From a virus (lineage: Duplodnaviria > Caudoviricetes): a stretch of DNA of 31,921 nucleotides. Shown piece after piece: positions 25,001 to 31,921 of the stretch (positions within the stretch are counted from its first letter, which is position 1; every line of letters begins with the position of its first letter). The position numbers were made by a program, and so were the translations under genes. Location of the stretch: positions 1-31,921 of the IMG/VR virus record IMGVR_UViG_3300012017_001163; one strand, written 5' to 3'. Under the pieces are notes generated by a model that saw only the letters and a list, made by a program, of their open reading frames with translations, ran no database searches and was not told the DNA's origin.

Positions 25001-26561
25001 AAAGTACGAAAGATCCTCCACTTCCACCAGCAGATCCATAAGCTTTATAATAGACGCTGGTTGATGATGCCCCAGTAACTCCCCTAGATATAGTAAAATC
25101 TATAGAGATCGCATTAAAGGGAAGGGAAACAACATTAGTAACACTTGATATTGAGGTTGTACTTTTTCCGATATATTTTATACCATCCGAATAACCCGCC
25201 TGTGTTGAATTAGGCGAAAAATAAACGCTAACGTCTATTGATTCATTGTTCTCTATTCCCCCTGTAGTACCTAGTCCATTCGATAATATATTAGAAATTC
25301 CGATACCTATATAATTATTAACTGGTGTACCATACGGGGTAATAACTACAGTATTTCCTCTTGTTAATGGTACACCGTTTGATGAGAAAGGCGGAGTAAT
25401 AGTGTACCATCTAACTTGATTTCCGCCAACTGACCCAGTAGCTGATGAAGTTATATTACCGTAAGTTACTGGGGAATAAATCTTTCTAGTCATTACCTTA
25501 CCCTTAGTATTTACGTAAAATTGCTTTGCCGAGGAATTCTCTAACGAAATGTGATAGACATTATGAGATAATTTATTAAAAGTATCACCCAATCTACTAG
25601 TAACCAAAGCATCTCCTGTTGATCCTGAATAAAGATATACCGAAGATGGACTGCTAGAAGATGGAGAAGAAGACATGGTGGTAATAACCGGGCTATTCAT
25701 AGAACCAGAGGGTCCAGTTACATTAAAATATGGGCTAATAAATTCAAAAGTACCCGATGGTGAATTTATATTAATTCCTCCAGTTGCATAAATTTCTGAG
25801 CCAGCTGTTGTTCCGTAATTAACATCAAATTTATTTGTACTAGATGATATAGTTAGTAAATTTGATATTGATTTAAATCCACCAGAAGCACCAATATAAA
25901 AAGCTCCTCCTGGGATCTGCAGTAGTATTCCTTTATCTGATGATGCAAAATTTAGCCACTCAAAAGTTGGATGTAAAGAGTAATCCGCTATTGTACCATT
26001 TTCTAAATCAGTTTTTGAAAATTCAAGGAGGGGAGAATCGTTTACTGTGGTGTCTGAAGATATAACAAATTTGGCAAGATTTTCATTTAAGATCCCAAAG
26101 CTTGATGCAACATCAGCCAGTATAAAAACATAATTTTCCGGAATAACTTGGTCTAGTAAAACAGATTCACCGGTTCCCCCTGCGATTTGTGATGATTGAA
26201 CCGATGTGAAAATAGAAGAGCCAGAAGATATTGAATATCCCGTATTTAACCATCCATTCTCGGTAAATTCATAAATGTCACCAGATGCTGTTTCTACCCA
26301 AAAATCACCCTCTGTTACCGTGTTTCCGCTTCCCAGAGGCTGAGTACTCTGAGCAAACCATCTATTACCTCTAGGTCCGGATACTCCGGTTGGTCCGGGG
26401 GTTCCTGAATCTCCAAATGCCCCTATTGAACCAGTAGGACCAGGAATTCCTTGAGATCCTCCTTTGATCTCTATTATTTCATCAAAATTACTATTTACCT
26501 TATCGATGAATTCTGATTCATCATCACTACCGTTTATATACTGAATATTAGTTATTGGCAT
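24999..26561 (-). CDS. Tail fibre-like protein with collagen-like segment (paralogue 1)
   Basis: KVNSNF, 11 Gly-X-Y triplets, then RGNRW...GDFW. Confidence 0.7.
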   Translation of the reverse strand: MPITNIQYINGSDDESEFIDKVNSNFDEIIEIKGGSQGIPGPTGSIGAFGDSGTPGPTGVSGPRGNRWFAQSTQPLGSGNTVTEGDFWVETASGDIYEFTENGWLNTGYSISSGSSIFTSVQSSQIAGGTGESVLLDQVIPENYVFILADVASSFGILNENLAKFVISSDTTVNDSPLLEFSKTDLENGTIADYSLHPTFEWLNFASSDKGILLQIPGGAFYIGASGGFKSISNLLTISSSTNKFDVNYGTTAGSEIYATGGININSPSGTFEFISPYFNVTGPSGSMNSPVITTMSSSPSSSSPSSVYLYSGSTGDALVTSRLGDTFNKLSHNVYHISLENSSAKQFYVNTKGKVMTRKIYSPVTYGNITSSATGSVGGNQVRWYTITPPFSSNGVPLTRGNTVVITPYGTPVNNYIGIGISNILSNGLGTTGGIENNESIDVSVYFSPNSTQAGYSDGIKYIGKSTTSISSVTNVVSLPFNAISIDFTISRGVTGASSTSVYYKAYGSAGGSGGSFVL

Positions 26562-26564
26562 CCC

Positions 26565-29500
26565 TTATATTTTATTTATTCCAAGATTAAACAGCATAGA
26601 GTAGTTATAGTTTCCTTCTAAATCATACTCAAAATTATAGATTAGATTTGTTTGTTTGGTTAACTTATAATTTGGCTCTAGGAAATAACCAAGATTAAAT
26701 CTATCTGATGAATCTATATCCCCCCTGACTATAAGATCGTTTGTGTAAAAATTACTATCATTTGATGTACTTTTACTAACAAATAAATCAAATAAATTCC
26801 CTTGATATAAAGGAAGTATATTAATATCTATATAATTATTAACATCATCATTTATAGAATCGGGATCGCCAACACCAAATTCAGAGATCATATTATCTAT
26901 AAAAACCTCTTTTATTCCAGAATTAAGAAGGTATCTTCTTAGAATTCTATCTAATCTTATTGTTCCTTTTATTTGTTTGGACAGAGGGAAATATTGCCAA
27001 GTTATCTCTGCGTCTTTAAATATGCCAGGATCTATTTTATTATAATCAACCCCAGAAAGATAAGGTCCAACTGATCCTATTCCTTGAGCTGAATTTATTG
27101 GAGTTATATATTGAATCGGTTTTATATAGCTAGATATACTTTGGTTAATAACATTAGAATTAATATTACCAGAATCCCTTGATATTTGAAGAGTTATATA
27201 ATTTCCCGAAGATATGTTATCCGGGGTTTTCATTATTTTGGAGCCAAGAAAAGTCTTATATTCTTTCATTGATCTAGTTCCAGCAACTAAAGTAAAATTA
27301 CTAGAATTTGAGAATCTCTGATAATATCCAGGATCCCACGAAGATGAGAATAAATTAAAGTTTTTAGTAGATATTGGGGATTGCCCAACTAAAGGATAAA
27401 CTGCTCCCTCGGGAAGTTTTTCTGTTGGATTTAATATATTATTAGACAAAGAAACCTTAGTAAAAGAAAGATTTCTAGAAATTCCAAAGTATTGTTTATT
27501 TGGGGCAAAGTTACAATTTCTAAAAGAAAGATCTATTGTAGGATCTCCGTATAACGTATCAGTTTTATCCTCGTCAAAATGAATTATTTTTCTAAACAAA
27601 GGTGAATACCCGCCAGAGTATCTTAAAAGTGTAGAAGGTAAATTTTGGTTTTTCTCTATAATATATGAAGTTGGACTGTTATTACCAACTGTTACTGGTC
27701 CTCCAAAAAATTCAATTGTTCTTGATCCCCTACTTTTTATTATTCTAGTAGGTTTTTGTAGATATAGCTCAAATGAATTATTATATAATTCAGTAGTTAA
27801 ATTTTCGGAATTCCAAGTGTATGTTTTATATGAGATATAAGGAGATCCTAAATTAACTTTTTTTGCTATGTCAGAAACAGATGTCCTCTTCATAATAAAG
27901 TTATAATACTTCTCCCCACCTTCTATTTGAAAAACAGGTTTACCTTTATAAACAGAGGATGGTCCTACGGGGACTGTTACAGGATTAGACGTAGAGAATG
28001 GTATATTAAATGTATAAGGTGCAGACCCGGTAGCAATCTTTCCGAATTCTATAATGTTTTTAGATGCCCCAGTAGGCCAGGGATATGTAGTAGCAAGATT
28101 GGTCACATAAAAACTTCCCTTCCCAGTAGGAGATGTACCTGATGTTGCACCTGGTGAATTTTGCTGGTAATAAACGCTAATCTCCTCTCTAAGATCAGTA
28201 TCATAAAGAGTATTTGGTATCGAATATATTAACCCCGGATATAATGTTTCATTTACTATACTACCTGATGCTAGAGATAAATCTAATCCGCAGCTTAATT
28301 TAATATCACCAACCGAATAATAGCTATTCCCGTTTATCAATGGGTAATTTAATTTTTCCTTGTTATTAAGAGAATAAAGTAAGGTATAGTCTAAAATAGG
28401 ATTACCCCCAGTTGATCCGGTGTGGCCTAAAGAAAATGATTTATAATCATCAATTAAAACATAGCATATAAATAAAACAAACTGTTGCTCTGTGTTCTCT
28501 ATTATTTCATAAGAAACTGGTTCTTGTATTAATGTATCATCTTCCTCTATCACTCTAATTATAGCTGCGAACTTATATTTCTCATATCCTCTATAGGCAG
28601 GAATATATTTATCTAAAGAATCCTCCTCTGTGTTGGTTAAAGAAGACCTCTTTTTAAGAACAATTTTAATTCCTCTAAATAGTGTTTCGTAAAATCCAGA
28701 AGATTCATTATAAATAAATGATGTAAATAGCTCTTTTGTATAAGAGGTAGGATCTCTAAAATCGGAAGTATAATCGGAAGGCTCCACCGTGAAGAAAGAA
28801 GAAAGATAAAGATAATCATCCGGATTTGCACTCCTTGCTTTATCTAGATCTATTTTCTGTGGTAAATAGCTATTTTGATCCTGCATACTATTTACTGGAA
28901 ATTGTCTAGGCGGGGATTCTAATAAAAACCACTCGTGGGTTAAATATCTTGGATCTGCAGAATCCCTATCTAAACTCGGAGAAAAATTACTTGGGGTAAA
29001 TGCAGGACTTGAATTAAGTCGGTATAGATTTCCCCTGGCATCAGTCCCTGAGGTGTATCCCCATTTATTAATATATGGAACTATCCTAGATAAATTGGCC
29101 CTGGCGGGGGTGTAATTTTCCTTAAGATACTCATATTCAGTAGCCAATTTCCCTTTATTAAATACTTGTATTTTAGATGCTGTACTTGGTAGAGGATTTG
29201 TATCTCTACCCTGTATTCCTATAAATCCATTAAACGTGTTTAAATCATCGTTATAATCGATCGTAGAATATGCAATTGGGGTAGAACTATAAGGTATTTT
29301 TGAATATTCAGCAGGTAACACCACAACCGGAACGTTTGGATTTGGATTTGAATTATTAAACGATCCATATCCAGTAGCACCATAGAAAATGCTTCCTTGC
29401 GAATAAATATAATTAGCATAAGAAATTTCTCCCTGCTTTATTATATAAGGAATGTTTGGAATTATCGATCCGGATGCTCCTGCTTGAATCTGAAAGTATT

Positions 29501-31921
29501 TATAGGTTTCTGGTGTTGGTGTATATCCGTAGTTTGAACTAAGAAAATCAAAATCAAATTCCTTAATATCAAAAAAACTAAATACTCCCAAATATAAGCT
29601 AGCCGATTTATAAACATTAAAAGACTTATCCGAGCCAAATTCTACGACAGAATTTATATCTTCCAAAACTGCAACGCTTAAATCTGAATAATTCTTAAAT
29701 CCTGTTATTTTTTTAGTAGCAGCATTTATTATAGGCTCGTCAACATATTTATTAATGCTAGCAATTTTAGTTTTACCGGTTTTAGTTAAAATAAAATCCC
29801 CTTTATTAACAAATCCATCGTAAGTTGATGGGTATAAAATTCTATTATTAGGTAAACTTGTCCCCCCTTTAAAATATACTAGACTATTAATAGTCGATGC
29901 TTCCTGCCCGTTAATTTTTAGATATCCAGAACTAGAAAAAGTGTTATATGAATTCCAGGAGCTGGATACAGCAGGTGAATCGTTGAAATTTCCTGGCGAG
30001 GGCACAGAAACGGTATTTATGGATTGATAATAATTATCATTATAAATAACTATACTATCTATAGAATATGCCGATGTGTTATCCCATTCCCCCTGAAAAT
30101 TTCCGCTAAAATAAGAATAGTTATCAAAAACACTGACACTATAAGATGTATTACCATATGTTCCATGATCTTTAAGTCTAATGACAGAAGATGATAAATT
30201 AGTTCCAGCATCCCAGGTTGCCGAATTTATTGTATCCACTAAGTTTGAAAATGCTAATGCAATTGAAGATGTTTCTAAAGCAACCGCATTAAAAAAGTTG
30301 GTATTTCCACTACTATAATAAGATCCATCTATCCATTGTATAATCGACGAAAGGTCTTCAGATTGAGCTATATCATATCTTCTTGTGCCCTCTTTATAAT
30401 ATCCATTAGGCCAGTATATTTTAAATGTTATTTGTCCATTTAGTTCATACGATTTTAGAAATTCCACTTCTAAATAAGATCTACCAGAAACCGACGGGAT
30501 AGACCCAGGTACAGTTGCAACCTTGTCGCTAATACCAGTGAAATTTAATAGATCTGTTTTTTTATTCTGAATAACCAAAGACCCCGCAGTTGCCCCGGTC
30601 GAACCAGTTGCTGAAAATTGTCCACTAGAATAATCAAAAGGACCATAGCTATAATCGGGGGAATTTCCTCCTAAATTGGTATATTCATTGTCCCTTTTAA
30701 GACTATAGAAATTAGAATTCTTATCAGATAAATAATAGAGCTTGCTCGGATCGTATAAATTTACATCATTTGATCCAGGCATAAATCCAGAGGCATTCTC
30801 GTAAAATAATCTTATTCCACTATCAGCTGTTACCCCATATGATGTTGTATCATAATAATAGCCAAACTCATTTCTTGTTGGTTTTGGCAGATCATTATTT
30901 CCATTAATATCCTTATATTCATAAAAGAAATCGCCATTTAATCTGAAGTTTGCTATGTCATTTCGGGAAACATAAAATCCCATATACCTGTTAATCGTAT
31001 ATTCATCCGAATCGGAATCATCAAAAGCAAACTCAAGATTTAGTAAGTTTGGACATATAATATTGTTTCTGTAAAATCCATTGGTAATATAAGATTCAAA
31101 GTCTATCATGGAATCTGAATCATCCTTAGAAAAATAAGGAGAAAGTAGCTCTGCTTTTTTAGTAAAAACCCCATCAGAAACAGAGATTCCTTTATAGTAA
31201 CTATATGAATTTCTTCCCCAATTTACATCTATAGGAGAATTAGAAAAATTAGGGTCATTAAAGATACTTCTGATGTATTTTCCTATATTGCTATTTTCAG
31301 TTAAATCATAGGTCTGTACAACAGCACAATTAGGAAGTATTTTTTCATTAAATGTTTTTTCTATATCATTAACAAGATTTAAGTTACCTAATTCACTAAA
31401 AATAACAACAGATCCATCCCCACTGAGAATGCTATATGTTGTTTCCTGATTGTTTCCTGTAAAAATATCTCCATCTCTATATTCGATTAAATTATTTAAT
31501 TGGTCCACTCCATATGCTATTACAAAATCAGCACTACTTGTATATTTCTGTACTACCTTATATTTAACTCCGGGAGATATTGAAGTCTGGTTTGTGGAAT
31601 AGGGATAACTCATTGGTCCTGGAACCTTAAGTATTACAAAATAATCAGGTATTTCGTTTTTTATCCAAAGAGGAGCAAAATAACTAAAACTTTCAGAATA
31701 ATTTTTATCGGGTAAAGCAGAAGCTCCACTTGCATAGAAGAAATCATATTGCTCATCGAATTTTGTAGCTGCTTGAGATTGTCCATTTGTGAATCTACCA
31801 ATCTCGAAAATTATCTCATTAGAAAGATTACCCTCATTAAAATATTGGTATATGTCCTGGGCAAATGTATTTTGCCCTGTTATATTAAATTTCTTATATC
31901 TGTCATTACTCAGTATAAGAT
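26565..31921 (-). CDS. Very large putative baseplate/tail structural protein (5'-partial, >1780 aa)
   Basis: The frame stays open for 102 more codons upstream of Met 31613, to the window edge (...YFAPLWIKNEIPDYFVILKVPGP-MSYPY), so the true start lies outside the window; contains a CBM5/12-like motif. Confidence 0.75.
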   Translation of the reverse strand, partial: LILSNDRYKKFNITGQNTFAQDIYQYFNEGNLSNEIIFEIGRFTNGQSQAATKFDEQYDFFYASGASALPDKNYSESFSYFAPLWIKNEIPDYFVILKVPGPMSYPYSTNQTSISPGVKYKVVQKYTSSADFVIAYGVDQLNNLIEYRDGDIFTGNNQETTYSILSGDGSVVIFSELGNLNLVNDIEKTFNEKILPNCAVVQTYDLTENSNIGKYIRSIFNDPNFSNSPIDVNWGRNSYSYYKGISVSDGVFTKKAELLSPYFSKDDSDSMIDFESYITNGFYRNNIICPNLLNLEFAFDDSDSDEYTINRYMGFYVSRNDIANFRLNGDFFYEYKDINGNNDLPKPTRNEFGYYYDTTSYGVTADSGIRLFYENASGFMPGSNDVNLYDPSKLYYLSDKNSNFYSLKRDNEYTNLGGNSPDYSYGPFDYSSGQFSATGSTGATAGSLVIQNKKTDLLNFTGISDKVATVPGSIPSVSGRSYLEVEFLKSYELNGQITFKIYWPNGYYKEGTRRYDIAQSEDLSSIIQWIDGSYYSSGNTNFFNAVALETSSIALAFSNLVDTINSATWDAGTNLSSSVIRLKDHGTYGNTSYSVSVFDNYSYFSGNFQGEWDNTSAYSIDSIVIYNDNYYQSINTVSVPSPGNFNDSPAVSSSWNSYNTFSSSGYLKINGQEASTINSLVYFKGGTSLPNNRILYPSTYDGFVNKGDFILTKTGKTKIASINKYVDEPIINAATKKITGFKNYSDLSVAVLEDINSVVEFGSDKSFNVYKSASLYLGVFSFFDIKEFDFDFLSSNYGYTPTPETYKYFQIQAGASGSIIPNIPYIIKQGEISYANYIYSQGSIFYGATGYGSFNNSNPNPNVPVVVLPAEYSKIPYSSTPIAYSTIDYNDDLNTFNGFIGIQGRDTNPLPSTASKIQVFNKGKLATEYEYLKENYTPARANLSRIVPYINKWGYTSGTDARGNLYRLNSSPAFTPSNFSPSLDRDSADPRYLTHEWFLLESPPRQFPVNSMQDQNSYLPQKIDLDKARSANPDDYLYLSSFFTVEPSDYTSDFRDPTSYTKELFTSFIYNESSGFYETLFRGIKIVLKKRSSLTNTEEDSLDKYIPAYRGYEKYKFAAIIRVIEEDDTLIQEPVSYEIIENTEQQFVLFICYVLIDDYKSFSLGHTGSTGGNPILDYTLLYSLNNKEKLNYPLINGNSYYSVGDIKLSCGLDLSLASGSIVNETLYPGLIYSIPNTLYDTDLREEISVYYQQNSPGATSGTSPTGKGSFYVTNLATTYPWPTGASKNIIEFGKIATGSAPYTFNIPFSTSNPVTVPVGPSSVYKGKPVFQIEGGEKYYNFIMKRTSVSDIAKKVNLGSPYISYKTYTWNSENLTTELYNNSFELYLQKPTRIIKSRGSRTIEFFGGPVTVGNNSPTSYIIEKNQNLPSTLLRYSGGYSPLFRKIIHFDEDKTDTLYGDPTIDLSFRNCNFAPNKQYFGISRNLSFTKVSLSNNILNPTEKLPEGAVYPLVGQSPISTKNFNLFSSSWDPGYYQRFSNSSNFTLVAGTRSMKEYKTFLGSKIMKTPDNISSGNYITLQISRDSGNINSNVINQSISSYIKPIQYITPINSAQGIGSVGPYLSGVDYNKIDPGIFKDAEITWQYFPLSKQIKGTIRLDRILRRYLLNSGIKEVFIDNMISEFGVGDPDSINDDVNNYIDINILPLYQGNLFDLFVSKSTSNDSNFYTNDLIVRGDIDSSDRFNLGYFLEPNYKLTKQTNLIYNFEYDLEGNYNYSMLFNLGINKI

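Noticed and set aside
22008-28831. Nested short ORFs 22008..22208(-), 27927..28142(+) and 28637..28831(-)
   Set aside because: Alternative-frame or antisense ORFs inside long structural genes, with no recognisable features.
31611-31613. Met 31613 as the start of the 1682-aa ORF
   Set aside because: The frame is open to the window edge with protein-like sequence, so the real start is probably upstream, outside the window.
1-31921. Stop-codon reassignment (as in Lak and some crAss-like phages)
   Set aside because: Genes are full-length and tightly packed in the standard code; TAG (7451, 8167) and TGA (952, 2119, 16724, 21628, 24999) end genes right next to the following gene or a terminator.
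1-31921. CRISPR array, tRNA/rRNA genes, introns/inteins, IS elements
   Set aside because: No spaced direct repeats, cloverleafs, or transposase/homing-endonuclease motifs seen by eye; intergenic gaps are short, and UvsW, primase and gp32 have normal lengths. A covariance-model search was not possible.

Overview
AT-rich, gene-dense fragment of a large T4-like (myovirus-type, probably jumbo) phage genome read in the standard genetic code. Most genes are on the minus strand. The host is probably in Bacteroidota, based on an Hc1 histone-like gene, a DUF4494-like gene, a lipoprotein/beta-hairpin spanin-like gene and A-rich, largely SD-less translation starts. From left to right the window holds: (1) the N-terminal exonuclease part of a family-B DNA polymerase, which the ORF track missed; (2) an accessory block with an MBD4-like glycosylase, a secreted protein, an OmpA-C-like protein, Hsp20, a DUF3008-like protein, a CHAP amidase and Hc1; (3) a four-gene operon encoding three different nucleotidyltransferase folds (an RNA-ligase-like KxDG domain fused to a HIGH-motif domain, plus a pol-beta-like NTase); (4) a T4-type replication/recombination block (UvsW, UvsY, primase, gp32, RuvC-like); (5) a tail block (gp3-like terminator, spanin-like protein, three collagen-bearing fibre paralogues and a >1780-aa protein that runs off the window). 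The strongest cross-cutting signal is that about ten unrelated proteins share a short N-terminal leader (M-K-x-[IVL]-x-x-[FY]-x-x-[FY]-[IL]-x-E) resembling the T4 capsid-targeting sequence, and most of their genes sit just downstream of a GATATATA putative late-promoter motif. This suggests a set of head-packaged, injected enzymes that includes the nucleotidyltransferase module and two cell-wall-acting proteins. All family calls come from reading motifs by eye; no database search was run.
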